Notes: generated by a model from the sequence alone, not told the origin. Positions 28,746-38,612 are shown, counted from the whole stretch's first letter. The stretch is 61,124 bases of DNA, filler included, from 4 parts of 4 records of this genome joined end to end with filler, not necessarily neighbours in it; one strand, 5' to 3'. Numbers and translations: made by a program.

Positions 28746-28899
28746 GACACGCATGTTATCGATATTTTACGAGGAAAAGCTATTGGTTTTCATTTGTGTA
28801 AAGCGATACAAATTCAACATTTTGGTATAAAAGCCCTTGTTTTTCCGATTTCTTGTGACGAACCCTCGTTCAACTGCGGGCAAAAACAGGGTGACTGTT

Positions 28900-28999
28900 N
28901 NNNNNNNNNNNNNNNNNNNNNNNNNNNNNNNNNNNNNNNNNNNTTAATTAATTAANNNNNNNNNNNNNNNNNNNNNNNNNNNNNNNNNNNNNNNNNNNN
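28900..28999. other. Artificial contig spacer (N44-TTAATTAATTAA-N44)
   Basis: Stops in all six frames; GC content and taxon change across it. Confidence 0.98.
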
Positions 29000-29467
29000 A
29001 TTCTGGCGCATGGCGGTGGAGAAATTCATACGCTCGGAGGAATGGTGGACCACATGGGCGGCCCAGAACCAGCGTATGCGGTGGCTGGAACGGTGCATCC
29101 AGTAAAAACAGAAATCCACTCCAACAAACGTCAGAAGACCCGTTGCCCAGTTCAGTTCCAGATCCAGCAGGCGGTGATGGTAGAGGAATGCGTATACGGG
29201 AAAGGCGATCAGGCCCGCGAACAGCAACTCTGTCAGTTGGTAGCCGGCACCCAGGGCAAAATTCCGCAGGGCTTCCGGTACGTCCATGCGCGTGGGGTCG
29301 TGGCGAATCCGCAGGTACTCCCACAGGGTGACGGCAATAAACACCGGCGTAGCGACAACGAATATCAGTTGGCGTTCGTCCAGTGCCAGCCAGGGGGCGA
29401 GGGTGTTCCAGAGGGGCAGCAACCCGCTCTCCTCAAGAACCGCCCTCATCATGTCCATCAATGCCAT
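29000..29467 (-). CDS. Sterol desaturase / alkylglycerol monooxygenase-like fatty acid hydroxylase, N-terminal part (truncated by contig end)
   Basis: DFCFYWMHRSSH…FWAAHVVHHSSE.MNFSTA.RQ His boxes. Confidence 0.88.
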
Positions 29468-29520
29468 GGTGAAACCGTATTGTGATTGTAGGTGTGACTG
29501 TATTCTGCGCCGATGGCGAT

Positions 29521-29580
29521 GCCATAAATTGACAATAAGCGCCACAAAATTGATGATTAGTGCCAACAATGAATGACGCA
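29521..29580. promoter_or_regulatory. Three GCCA-anchored direct repeats at 20-21 nt spacing, candidate AraC operator
   Basis: GCCATAAATTGA (29521), GCCACAAAATTGA (29541), GCCAACAATGA (29562), between divergent desaturase and araC. Confidence 0.45.
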
Positions 29581-29601
29581 GCGCGTGGAGGACGGTGAAC
29601 C

Positions 29602-30615
29602 ATGGCCAAGGTAATGCGGGTAACCGGTGCCTGGACGGGACTGCTATCGGACTGGCTTGAACAGGAGGGACTGGAGAATGCCCCGGTCAGGATAGCGCTG
29701 GCGCGCTGGGCGTCGGAAGACAACGTACCGGTGCCGGTGTGGCGTGACCTGCTGGCGCAGGGACTGGCTCTGGCGCCTCAGTATGCCGCTCCCGAGCTAA
29801 AGGTGGGGGCCTGTGTGCGTCCTGCCCATGTGGGTGTGCTCGGCTATCTGGTGCTGGCGTCCGACACCCTCGGCGAGGCCATGCTGGCCTACCAGCGCTA
29901 CGAAACCCTGTTTTATGGTGCCAGCCTGGCGGAAATCGAGGTCGTCGGCGATCAGGCGGAAATGCGCTGGCCGCCCTCGGAGAATGAGCTTGGCCAGCAG
30001 GCGGACGGCGCTGCAATTGCAGCATTGGTGACCTTTATGCGTCGCCAGATTGATCAGCCCCCTCCGCCCTCGCTAGTGAGTTTTCTGGGTGACGTCAGTG
30101 CTGAGGCGGCCAGGGAATACGAACGGTTTTTTGGCTGCCCGGTGACCTGGAGCGACAGCCATGTGCGAGTCCGGTTTCCGCTGCATTACCTCAGCCTGCC
30201 CATGCCCCGGCGAGACCCGACACTTCGCGAGTTGCTGGACCGGCAGGCCCGTGCCCTGCTGCGGGCGTTGCCGGAGGCGTCACAGGCGGGCTCGGGCATT
30301 GATCGCCAGCTACAGCAGGTACTGCTGAAACTGTTGTCTGATGGCGAGCCCACCCTTGCGCGTGCAGCCCATGCCATGCACATGTCACCGCGAACGCTAC
30401 AGCGACGCCTGGCCCGGTATCAGTTGAGCTGGCAGCAGTGGCTCGATCGGAACCGGGAACAGCTGGCGCGACAGTACCTGGACGACACCTCACTGACGCT
30501 GACCGACATTGCTCTGCTGTTGGGCTTTTCCGAGCAAAGTGCTTTTACCCGGGCCTACCGCCGCTGGACCGGCAATTCACCCGGCCGAGAGCGCCGTCAG
30601 TGGCTCAGCGATTAG
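29602..30615 (+). CDS. AraC family regulator (OruR-like, arabinose-binding-2 N-terminal domain)
   Basis: GVLGYL…TLGEA; FFGCPV; MSPRTLQRRL; IALLLGFSEQSAFTRAYRRWTG.SP. Confidence 0.92.
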   Translation: MAKVMRVTGAWTGLLSDWLEQEGLENAPVRIALARWASEDNVPVPVWRDLLAQGLALAPQYAAPELKVGACVRPAHVGVLGYLVLASDTLGEAMLAYQRYETLFYGASLAEIEVVGDQAEMRWPPSENELGQQADGAAIAALVTFMRRQIDQPPPPSLVSFLGDVSAEAAREYERFFGCPVTWSDSHVRVRFPLHYLSLPMPRRDPTLRELLDRQARALLRALPEASQAGSGIDRQLQQVLLKLLSDGEPTLARAAHAMHMSPRTLQRRLARYQLSWQQWLDRNREQLARQYLDDTSLTLTDIALLLGFSEQSAFTRAYRRWTGNSPGRERRQWLSD

Positions 30616-31342
30616 CAGCATAGACCTTTTCCAGCGTGTGGATCTGTGGCTGCCATTGATCCAACCAGGCCTGGATGTCTTTGGGGATTTTCGCCGGTTT
30701 GGGCCAGGGCACCGGGTATTGGCCGGGCTGGAACATGGGTGCGAACAAGGAGGCCGCGGCGAGGTCGGCGCGGGAAAAGCTGTCTCCAGCCAGGTAGGGC
30801 TTCTCCTGGTAGGCATTCGCCAGTTCGGTCAGGTAGCGCTCCATGGTTTCCCGCGACTGCGCGGCGGTTTTCTCGTTGATCTTCATCCATTTGCGCATGA
30901 CCTCGTCCACCCGGCTAAAGGCCAGTCTCAGTAGAATCCGATTGTAGAAGGGCGTGCCCGCAGCCAGCATGGGAACGACCACCTTGGGGCGTTGCAGGAA
31001 GTGGTGGTAGGAGTAACAGCGCACGCTGGGGCCGGCTTCGTCGTCCAGCCGCTGCTCCCAGGACAGCGCGGCCTCGCGGGCCTGCGGGTCGGTCGGCGTC
31101 AGCGGGTTCTCGGGAAACGTGTCGTCCAGATAGTCAATGATGGCTTTCGATCCCTGAACCCGGTGACCGTTATGGTCCAGTACCGGTACCGATGAATCAG
31201 CGCCCGTCAGTTTGCGGATGGTGTTGATGTGCTGGCCGGGCAGAAGGCTGATGGCTTCGTAGCTCAGACCTTTGTGATCCAGGGCCCAGCGAGCCTTTTC
31301 GCAGTAGTGTGAAATAGCAAACTGGTAGAGTTTTATCGCCAT
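30605..31342 (-). CDS. Glutathione S-transferase family protein
   Basis: LYQFAISHYCEK.RWALD.K, VPVL, S..IIDYLD, YLAGD.FSRADL. Confidence 0.88.
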   Translation of the reverse strand: MAIKLYQFAISHYCEKARWALDHKGLSYEAISLLPGQHINTIRKLTGADSSVPVLDHNGHRVQGSKAIIDYLDDTFPENPLTPTDPQAREAALSWEQRLDDEAGPSVRCYSYHHFLQRPKVVVPMLAAGTPFYNRILLRLAFSRVDEVMRKWMKINEKTAAQSRETMERYLTELANAYQEKPYLAGDSFSRADLAAASLFAPMFQPGQYPVPWPKPAKIPKDIQAWLDQWQPQIHTLEKVYAANR

Positions 31343-31481
31343 GACGTGGAATACTCCCGGGTGTTTTGATGGCCTAAGCGTAATGCTTTAAGGCAGGAAA
31401 TGGTAACGGCTCTGCTTTAAAATCGGCAGCCATCATGGATAATCTGCAACTGTTACAACCACAGGGAATGAGGAATAAACA

Positions 31482-32258
31482 ATGAAAGGAATCGCTGCGT
31501 TGTGGCCGCTGACGTTGGTCATGCTTGGACTCATTGCCGGCTGCGCGTCTGGCCCTGGTGAGCGTAGTCAGGAGGAAGCGGTCAAGGCCTGTAGCCAGGC
31601 GCTGCCGCCGTGTTTTGCCCCGGGACCCATTGAGCAGCCTTTTGTTGCCCGGGGGAATGAACCGTTCTGGCGGGTGATCGTCGAGCCAGGGCAACTGGAG
31701 GTGGAGCGAATGGGTGTGGAGCCGGTCGCATTGCGTTATGACATGGTTGAGCAAAGCCCCACCGAGCGGACTTTTCGCGCTGAGGCCGATGGCATTCGGA
31801 TTGAGCTCAAAGCGGCCAGCCAGTTATGTCGCGACTCCATGTCTGGCATGCCTTATCCCCGCCAGGTTCGTCTTGCCATAAACGGCGAGGCAACCAGCGG
31901 CTGCGGGGGTGACCCCGAAGAGTTGCTTCTGGGGCCTGAATGGGTTGTTGAGGATATCGGAGGTCGCGGCATTGTTGACAGCTCCCGGGTCACACTGAAC
32001 TTTCAGGAGGACCAGCGTGTTTCCGGGCGTGCGTCCTGCAATCAGTTCAGCGGCGGATGGAACCTGACTGGCGAGGGCCTTGAGTTTACCCGTATGGCGT
32101 CCACCAAAAAGGCTTGTGCCCCGGCGCTGATGAACCAGGAAGACCGATTCCTGTCGCTGTTGGGTGAGGTTCGACGCTTCGACATTGGCCGGCACGGTGA
32201 GTTGCTGCTGGTGACCGGAGATGGACGTCTGATCAGGGCATTTCAGTCCACAGACTGA
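31482..32258 (+). CDS. META/HslJ-domain lipoprotein with upstream RGNEPFW domain
   Basis: Lipobox IAGC; ARGNEPFW; CRDSMSG..YP; G.ASCN, ASTKKAC…M.QE. Confidence 0.85.
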   Translation: MKGIAALWPLTLVMLGLIAGCASGPGERSQEEAVKACSQALPPCFAPGPIEQPFVARGNEPFWRVIVEPGQLEVERMGVEPVALRYDMVEQSPTERTFRAEADGIRIELKAASQLCRDSMSGMPYPRQVRLAINGEATSGCGGDPEELLLGPEWVVEDIGGRGIVDSSRVTLNFQEDQRVSGRASCNQFSGGWNLTGEGLEFTRMASTKKACAPALMNQEDRFLSLLGEVRRFDIGRHGELLLVTGDGRLIRAFQSTD

Positions 32259-33099
32259 GTCCGTACTGGTCCAGGATCTGCTGTACCCGGCCGCTGTCCA
32301 TGAGTTGTCGGGTGCCTTCCGTTAAGAGTTTCGCAAGTTCTTTTGCGTCTTCCCGTACCGGGGAAAACGCGACGAAGGCATCGATTTCGTCGACCAACCC
32401 TGCTTGCCGTGGCGCGGGGACAGTGTCGTTGTTGTTCATTTCCCACCAGGCCATCACGTAGATATCTTCCGCAAAAATGTCAGTACGGTGTTGGTCCAGC
32501 AGGTAGATGGCCCGATCAAGGGGTGACGGCCCCGCGATCACCCAGATTCGTTCCGGGTTGGCCTGATGCTCCTCAATGTACTGGTCCAGCTCATCGGTAT
32601 AGGAGTACCCATTGATGACCAGCAGCTTCTGGTTATGGAGCGACGCCAGCCCGTCATATACCCAGCGGTTGTCAGGGTGGGTAAACAGCGCAATGGCTGA
32701 GCGCCCCTGGGGGGTGTCTGGAAACACGAAATCCGGGGCATCGGTTGTGAAGGCACCGACCACTGCGTCCAGTTGACCTTCACGCGTTAATTGCAGCGCC
32801 CGTGCCCAGCTAACGTTGACGTACTCCACGGTATAGCCGGCTTCGCCAAGGACCTCGCGGGCAATGTCCACCATGTAGCCCTCGCGATCGCTCCCCGCTT
32901 CGCAGTTATGGGGGCACCAGGGATCGGATGCGATAACGATCGTCCGGGGCCGGGGAGTCGTATTGGAAAGGGCAGCGGACAGGGCCTCATTGGTTGGCGT
33001 CTGCGTGTCGACGTCTGAAGAAGGGCTCTCTTCGTCAGGAGGAGGTGAGCAGCCGTGCAACAGGAGTACGGTTAGTAGAGCCACTGCCAGTCTGGGCAT
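32233..33099 (-). CDS. Orphan periplasmic substrate-binding protein (family 3-like), lipoprotein
   Basis: Lipobox LHGC; DPWCPHNC, GYMVDI, SWARAL, GYSY. Confidence 0.8.
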   Translation of the reverse strand: MPRLAVALLTVLLLHGCSPPPDEESPSSDVDTQTPTNEALSAALSNTTPRPRTIVIASDPWCPHNCEAGSDREGYMVDIAREVLGEAGYTVEYVNVSWARALQLTREGQLDAVVGAFTTDAPDFVFPDTPQGRSAIALFTHPDNRWVYDGLASLHNQKLLVINGYSYTDELDQYIEEHQANPERIWVIAGPSPLDRAIYLLDQHRTDIFAEDIYVMAWWEMNNNDTVPAPRQAGLVDEIDAFVAFSPVREDAKELAKLLTEGTRQLMDSGRVQQILDQYGLSLWTEMP

Positions 33100-33203
33100 G
33101 ATCGTTGTCTGGGGCACCGCGAAGCTACGGCGACCTATTTATAATAGCCCGTCTGTCACGCTGCTGTCATCCAGGAGCCCACCTCCACCGGGATGGCCCC
33201 CGA

Positions 33204-34262
33204 TCAGTAACGGCTGCGATTGTCTCCTTCCGATGCATCGACCGGCACCAGTGCCTTGACCAGTTCTTTCATCTCGAGAATGCCTACCTGGTTGCCTTTT
33301 TTGACCACCCGATAGACAAGGTCGGTATCGCCGTCGGATCTTGCGATCACCGACTCCAGGTTGTCCCGATCGGAAATGTCGCCGGCACTGTCAGCGGGGG
33401 GTTCCGTGGTTTTTGCCATCACGGAACGCACTCTCAGAACCCGTGCACGATTGATGTCGCTGATGAAATCCGTAATGTACGGATCGTTGGGATGCATGAG
33501 AATTTCCTGGGGTTCGCCCTGCTGGACGATGTGTCCGTCCTTGAGGATAACCAGGTGGTCCGCCAGCTTTAGCGCCTCGTCCAGATCGTGGGTGATGAAC
33601 ACCACGGTTTTCTTCAGTTCCTCCTGCAACTCCAGCAGCAGGTCCTGCATGTCGGAGCGAATCAGCGGGTCCAGAGCGGAGAAGGCCTCGTCCATCAGCA
33701 TCACGGGCGAGTTGGATGCGAGTGCCCGGGCAATGCCCACGCGCTGCTGCATACCGCCGGATAGCTGGTGCGGGTATTGGTTTTCGTTGCCTTCCAGCCC
33801 CACCCGGGCGAGCCATTTCTTGGCTTCGTCCTCGAAGTCCCGCACCGTATGGCCTCTTACCAGCAGCGCCATGCCGGCGTTCTCCAGCACGGTCTTGTGG
33901 GGAAGCAGGGCGAATTTCTGGAAAACCATCGACATTTGTTCACGCCGCAGCTTCCGCAATCCGTCCTCGTCGAAGGCGAGTACGTTTTTGCCATCCACCT
34001 TGATCTCACCGGCAGTGGGTTCGATCAGCCGGTTGAGATGGCGTATCAACGTGGACTTGCCTGAGCCAGACAGACCCATGATGACGGTGATCTCGCCTTC
34101 TCGCATATCCACGTTGATATCCTGGAGACCCAGTACGTGGTTGTGCTTTTCCAGCAGTTCGGCCTTTCCCATACCCCGGCGGACATACGCCAGGGCGACA
34201 TCGGGAATGGGGCCGAAAATCTTGTAGAGGTTCCGGATGGAAATCTTGATATCCCGGTCCAC
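33204..34262 (-). CDS. Quaternary-amine ABC transporter ATP-binding protein (ProV/TmoW-like)
   Basis: LYKIFG, GLSGSGKST, LSGGMQQRVG, MDEAFSALDPLIR, FITHDLDEA. Confidence 0.92.
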   Translation of the reverse strand: MDRDIKISIRNLYKIFGPIPDVALAYVRRGMGKAELLEKHNHVLGLQDINVDMREGEITVIMGLSGSGKSTLIRHLNRLIEPTAGEIKVDGKNVLAFDEDGLRKLRREQMSMVFQKFALLPHKTVLENAGMALLVRGHTVRDFEDEAKKWLARVGLEGNENQYPHQLSGGMQQRVGIARALASNSPVMLMDEAFSALDPLIRSDMQDLLLELQEELKKTVVFITHDLDEALKLADHLVILKDGHIVQQGEPQEILMHPNDPYITDFISDINRARVLRVRSVMAKTTEPPADSAGDISDRDNLESVIARSDGDTDLVYRVVKKGNQVGILEMKELVKALVPVDASEGDNRSRY

Positions 34263-34273
34263 GATTCGCTCCC

Positions 34274-35308
34274 TTACTGTTTCTGTGAGGCGTTGATGCG
34301 CGCCAGTGAGGCCTTGGTTACCCGGTCAAGGATCACCGCCAGAATCACGATGCCAAGGCCGGCAACCAGCCCGACACCCAGCTCCAGGTTGCGAATGCCC
34401 TGAAGCACCAGCACCCCGAGCCCCGGTGCCGACACCAGGGAAGCGATAACAACCATGGCCAGGCTCATCATAATGGTCTGGTTTACACCCGCCATAATGT
34501 TGGGCAGCGCCAGTGGAATCTGGACCTTGAAGAGTTTCTGGTGGCTGGTCATCCCGAAGGCGTCAGCGGCTTCGATTACATCCTTGTCCACCAGGCGGAT
34601 ACCCAGGTTGGTGAGACGGATGACCGGCACAATGGCGTACAGGATGATGGCAATGCCGTAGAGCTTGGACTCGGTCACGCTGAACAGAAAGATCAGCGGA
34701 ATCAGGTACACAAAGGGCGGCAGTGTCTGCAGCATGTCGAGCACGGGAATGGTCAGGCGCTGCATCATGTCGCTGCGGGACATGGCAATGCCGATGGGCA
34801 CGCCCAGCAGCACACAGAGGAACGCGCAGACAAAGATGATCGACAGCGTCTCCATCGCATACTGGTAGTAGTCAATAAAGGCCAGCAGAACCAGGCTGCC
34901 CGCCACAAATCCCACCAGTTTCCAGGATTTGGTGACGACAAACACCACGGCCAGCAGCGCCGGTATCACGATCCACCAGGGCGTGTTCAGCATGCCGTAG
35001 AGTGTCCCGTCCAGAAACCAGCTTAGTGGTTGGGTCAAAGGGTCCAGAACAACACTCAGACTGTCCTTGATGGACAGGAAGCCCTCTTCAAGACCTTTTG
35101 TCAGTTCCCTGGATTTGGGGAAGGCCGCACAGGACTCGTTAAGCGCGTCCATGGATGGAAAAGGCAGGTCCCATAGTGACTCTGCTTCGGCGTCCGTTCC
35201 TTTGGTTTTTTGCAGCAACGCCGCCATTGACATGGGGGCATCACTTTGGCCGTCAGAGCACCAGTCTTCCAGACCCAGTGATGAAAACACGAAATCGTAG
35301 GTCGCCAT
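34274..35308 (-). CDS. Quaternary-amine ABC transporter permease (ProW/TmoV-like)
   Basis: LD.LQT.P.FVYLIP, RLTNLGIR, EAA.AFG, IMAGVNQTIM..L.MVV. Confidence 0.92.
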   Translation of the reverse strand: MATYDFVFSSLGLEDWCSDGQSDAPMSMAALLQKTKGTDAEAESLWDLPFPSMDALNESCAAFPKSRELTKGLEEGFLSIKDSLSVVLDPLTQPLSWFLDGTLYGMLNTPWWIVIPALLAVVFVVTKSWKLVGFVAGSLVLLAFIDYYQYAMETLSIIFVCAFLCVLLGVPIGIAMSRSDMMQRLTIPVLDMLQTLPPFVYLIPLIFLFSVTESKLYGIAIILYAIVPVIRLTNLGIRLVDKDVIEAADAFGMTSHQKLFKVQIPLALPNIMAGVNQTIMMSLAMVVIASLVSAPGLGVLVLQGIRNLELGVGLVAGLGIVILAVILDRVTKASLARINASQKQ

Positions 35309-35370
35309 TTGCGGTCAGTTCCCAGAAGCGTTCAGATGAAAATGGGTAATGTGAGTTCGCCTGTTCGGTT

Positions 35371-35397
35371 TGACAGGGCCGGGAGACGGCCCTGTCA
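35371..35397 (-). terminator. 11-bp stem-loop after the substrate-binding gene (mRNA stabiliser or partial terminator)
   Basis: tgacagggccg-ggaga-cggccctgtca perfect stem. Confidence 0.55.
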
Positions 35398-35412
35398 GGG
35401 TAGGTGGAGAGA

Positions 35413-36381
35413 TTACTCTCCCAGCACCGAAGCCAGGCGTTTCTTGGCCGAATCGTTCAGCCAGCTTGACCACTCGTCGCTGTTGTTGCTCAGGAAATAC
35501 ACGGCCGCTTCTTCTGCCGACGCGTTGTTGGAATCCATCCACGCCAACAGGGCGCTCATGGTGTCGGTCTTGAATGTCAGCTTGCTGAGCATTTCCGCGA
35601 CTTCCGGCTCACGATCCTTGAAGTCCGTGGTCACGGACGTCAGTACGGTAGCGGCAGGAAATTCAGACACGCCAGGGTTGTCAGCATCCTGGGTCTGGTT
35701 GCGGGTGTGAACCTCCGGCTTGTAGTCACCCAGTTCGACGCGGGTCATGTCGAACTTGCCGAGTGGGACAGTGGGGCCCCAGTAGTAGCCAAACCAGGGC
35801 TCTTCAGACTGCACGGCGGAGGCCATGGACGAGGCCAGGGTTTCACCGGAACCGTGGTTGAACACCTCAATGCCAGAGCTTTCCAGGTCGAGCGCCCTGA
35901 TCAGATTGTCACTGACCACACGACAGCCCCAGCCACTCGGGCAGTTATTAAAGCGGCTGTCCACCAGTTCCGGATTAGCCATGACACCTTCGATGGTGGT
36001 CAATTCGGGGTGCTTCTCGGCCAGGTAGGTTGGAATCCACCAGCCTTCAACGCCACCGGGCTCCAGTACTTTTGTCAGGCGCTCGATCTTGCCCTGTTCT
36101 TCCAGTTCCAGGTAGGCCTCACCTGCGGAGTTGAGCCACAGTTCTGTAACGATGTCCGGTTCACCATTTTCGGCGACCGAGGTAACAGCGGGGACGGTGT
36201 CGGAGGGAACCACGGTGACATCACAGCCGTACCCCTGCTCCATGATGAATTTGGCGACGCTGGTGACAACTGTGTTGGATGCCCAGCCCATTTCGGTGAT
36301 GGAAACTTCACCGCAATCGGCCTGAGCAAGTGCAGGCACGGACATCGCGCAAAGCAGCGCGACTGGCGTTAGCTTTCGCAT
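35413..36381 (-). CDS. Glycine betaine/TMAO-type ABC substrate-binding protein (ProX/TmoX/HisX-like)
   Basis: DCGEVSITEMGWAS, GYGC, PDI..ELW, EGWWIP, CPSGWGC, YYWGP. Confidence 0.88.
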   Translation of the reverse strand: MRKLTPVALLCAMSVPALAQADCGEVSITEMGWASNTVVTSVAKFIMEQGYGCDVTVVPSDTVPAVTSVAENGEPDIVTELWLNSAGEAYLELEEQGKIERLTKVLEPGGVEGWWIPTYLAEKHPELTTIEGVMANPELVDSRFNNCPSGWGCRVVSDNLIRALDLESSGIEVFNHGSGETLASSMASAVQSEEPWFGYYWGPTVPLGKFDMTRVELGDYKPEVHTRNQTQDADNPGVSEFPAATVLTSVTTDFKDREPEVAEMLSKLTFKTDTMSALLAWMDSNNASAEEAAVYFLSNNSDEWSSWLNDSAKKRLASVLGE

Positions 36382-36678
36382 GATTGGTTCTCCTTATGGA
36401 TTTTGAAAATACGCGGAAACAGATCCGCTGGAGCGGTTCTGAAGACCGCTCTAGAGGTGAAGACGCCGTATTGATACTGCGTTTTCAGAGGGCAAGACAA
36501 ATGTTGTGACCTCGGTTACTACGTATCTTTAGAGTAACGCCCTGAGCGTGAGTTACAAGCCATTCATGTAAAATGTCGCCAGAAAATGCACATGCTTTCT
36601 GGTGTTTTGAGCCCCAGTGTCAACGAACTGAAGCAATTCAGCAGTAGTTTGAAGGGTTGTCTGAAACGGGAGAGCCCC

Positions 36679-37779
36679 ATGACCGAATTGCGCAAACTGA
36701 CCCCCCATTCTGCTATTCCTGCCGAACAGGCCCGTCGGGATAGCCGCCAACGCCATCTGCTCAGAACCTTTCTGCCGGAGATGATTCGTCTTGAGCGTGT
36801 GCTGGCGGAAGCGCCGGGACAGGTTACTGTGAAGACGCTCTCTCGGGTTGCGCTGAAACACATTGACCTTCCGATCTACCGGGTAGACCTCGGCAGCGAA
36901 GCACCCGATGCGCCAGTGGTGATGCTGGTGGGTGGCGTTCACGGTCTTGAACGCATCGGCAGCGAAGTCGTCATGGCCTGGTTGCGCAATCTGCTGGCAA
37001 GGATGTCCTGGGACGGGCATCTCCAGGCCCTGCTGAAAAAAGTGCGGGTTACCCTGCTGCCCATCCTCAACCCCGGCGGCATGTACCTGAATCAGCGCAG
37101 CAATCCCAACGGGGTCGACCTGATGCGCAACGCACCGATCACCGCCCAGGACCGCAGTGCGTTCCTGTTGGGCGGGCAGCGCTTCTCCCCGCGCCTGCCG
37201 TGGTTCATTGGTGATCCCGAGCAGGGTATGGAAGCGGAGAACCAGGCCCTTGAGTCGGTGATCTCGGAGCTCCTGCCAGGCCGTCCTTTCAGTGTCGCGC
37301 TGGACTGTCATTCCGGTTTCGGCTGGCAGGACCAGATCTGGTTCCCCTATGCTTACCGTCGTCGCCCCATGCGACGGATCGAATCGGTGATGGCATTGAA
37401 GCTGATCTGGGAGCAGGCCTGGCCGGAACACAACTATCGCTTCGAGCCCCAGTCCCGTCATTACCTGACCCACGGCGATCTGTGGGACTATTTCTACAAG
37501 AAGATCAACCGCAGCGGTGAGGGCGCCTTTATTCCCCTTACCCTGGAACTGGGCTCCTGGCGATGGATCAAGAAGCGCCCACGACAGTTGCTGCGACTGG
37601 ACGGCTTTTTCAATCCGCTGGTACCCCATCGCCATCGGCGCGTACTGCGAAGTCACCTGACCTTTATCGATTTCCTGGTCAGCGCCGCCGCCCATCACGA
37701 AAACTGGTTGCCGCACTCGGATGAGGCGTCCATGCTAAGGGAGGCCGCCATCGCCCACTGGTACAGGGATCATCACTGA
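36679..37779 (+). CDS. M14 family zinc carboxypeptidase-like protein (DUF2817-like)
   Basis: GVHGLE (HxxE), NPGG…RSNPNGVDLMRN, DCHSG, TLELG; SD GGGAG before ATG 36679. Confidence 0.85.
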   Translation: MTELRKLTPHSAIPAEQARRDSRQRHLLRTFLPEMIRLERVLAEAPGQVTVKTLSRVALKHIDLPIYRVDLGSEAPDAPVVMLVGGVHGLERIGSEVVMAWLRNLLARMSWDGHLQALLKKVRVTLLPILNPGGMYLNQRSNPNGVDLMRNAPITAQDRSAFLLGGQRFSPRLPWFIGDPEQGMEAENQALESVISELLPGRPFSVALDCHSGFGWQDQIWFPYAYRRRPMRRIESVMALKLIWEQAWPEHNYRFEPQSRHYLTHGDLWDYFYKKINRSGEGAFIPLTLELGSWRWIKKRPRQLLRLDGFFNPLVPHRHRRVLRSHLTFIDFLVSAAAHHENWLPHSDEASMLREAAIAHWYRDHH

Positions 37780-37781
37780 CA

Positions 37782-38516
37782 ATGCACTGGATTCTGTTGC
37801 GCGGACTGACCCGGGAGCAGTCACACTGGGGTTCTTTTCCCCACAGGCTTGAGGAAGCCTTTCCCGGTCATCAGTTTCATCTGGTTGATCTTCCGGGCAC
37901 GGGCGTGCACTTCAAGGATTCCAGCCCTGACCGTATCGCGGAGATCCGGGAGAAGGTTCGCCGCAGTGTTGGTCACATTCCAGCGCCATACAATCTCATC
38001 GCTTTGTCCATGGGCGGGATGGTCGCCCTGGACTGGGCTCAGCATGTCACCGAGGGTGAAATTCAGAACCTGGTGCTGATCAACACGAGTTCCGGATTCA
38101 GCCTGCCCTGGCGACGGATGCGTCCGGGGGCCTGGCCTCGTATCGTTCGCCTCCTGACGCGCCGGGAACTGTTCGATCGTGAGGTGGATATTCTGCGGTT
38201 GACGAGCAATCGACCGGTCGACCTCGATGTCATGAAACACTGGTACAGCATCCAGCGCCAGCGGCCAGTCAGCTATGCCAACGCCTATGCCCAGATGAAA
38301 GCGGCGATGGCCTACAAACCCCTGCCTCAACGCCCTCTGCCGAACGCACTTGTACTCGCCAGCAAGGGTGACCGTATTGTCCATTGGAGCTGCAGTAAGG
38401 TGTTTGAGCAGCGTTGGCAATGGACGCTGAAAGTTCATTCGTCCGCCGGCCATGACCTGCCAATGGACGACCCTGAATGGGTCATCCAGCAGATAAAAAA
38501 CTGGCTGCCCAAATGA
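37782..38516 (+). CDS. Alpha/beta fold hydrolase
   Basis: LLRGL.RE..HW, DLPG.G, ALSMGG nucleophile, D.IV, AGHDLP. Confidence 0.88.
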   Translation: MHWILLRGLTREQSHWGSFPHRLEEAFPGHQFHLVDLPGTGVHFKDSSPDRIAEIREKVRRSVGHIPAPYNLIALSMGGMVALDWAQHVTEGEIQNLVLINTSSGFSLPWRRMRPGAWPRIVRLLTRRELFDREVDILRLTSNRPVDLDVMKHWYSIQRQRPVSYANAYAQMKAAMAYKPLPQRPLPNALVLASKGDRIVHWSCSKVFEQRWQWTLKVHSSAGHDLPMDDPEWVIQQIKNWLPK

Positions 38517-38612
38517 TTACGGTTGCTTGACGCAACCGGTGTTCCGCGTCAGTCTTCTACACAATTCCTCAGATTCACCCCGAGATACTTATTTGGATTG
38601 GAGTCGATAACA

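Noticed and set aside
28766-28899. Possible 3' end of a minus-strand gene (TVTLFLPAVERG…)
   Set aside because: Too short and truncated to support a call
28944-28955. TTAATTAATTAA palindrome occurring three times, and ORFs ending in 'XXXLIN'
   Set aside because: Synthetic all-frame stop linker, not biological
36553-37716. 387-aa antisense ORF
   Set aside because: Shadow frame of the M14 peptidase gene in GC-rich DNA; no motifs
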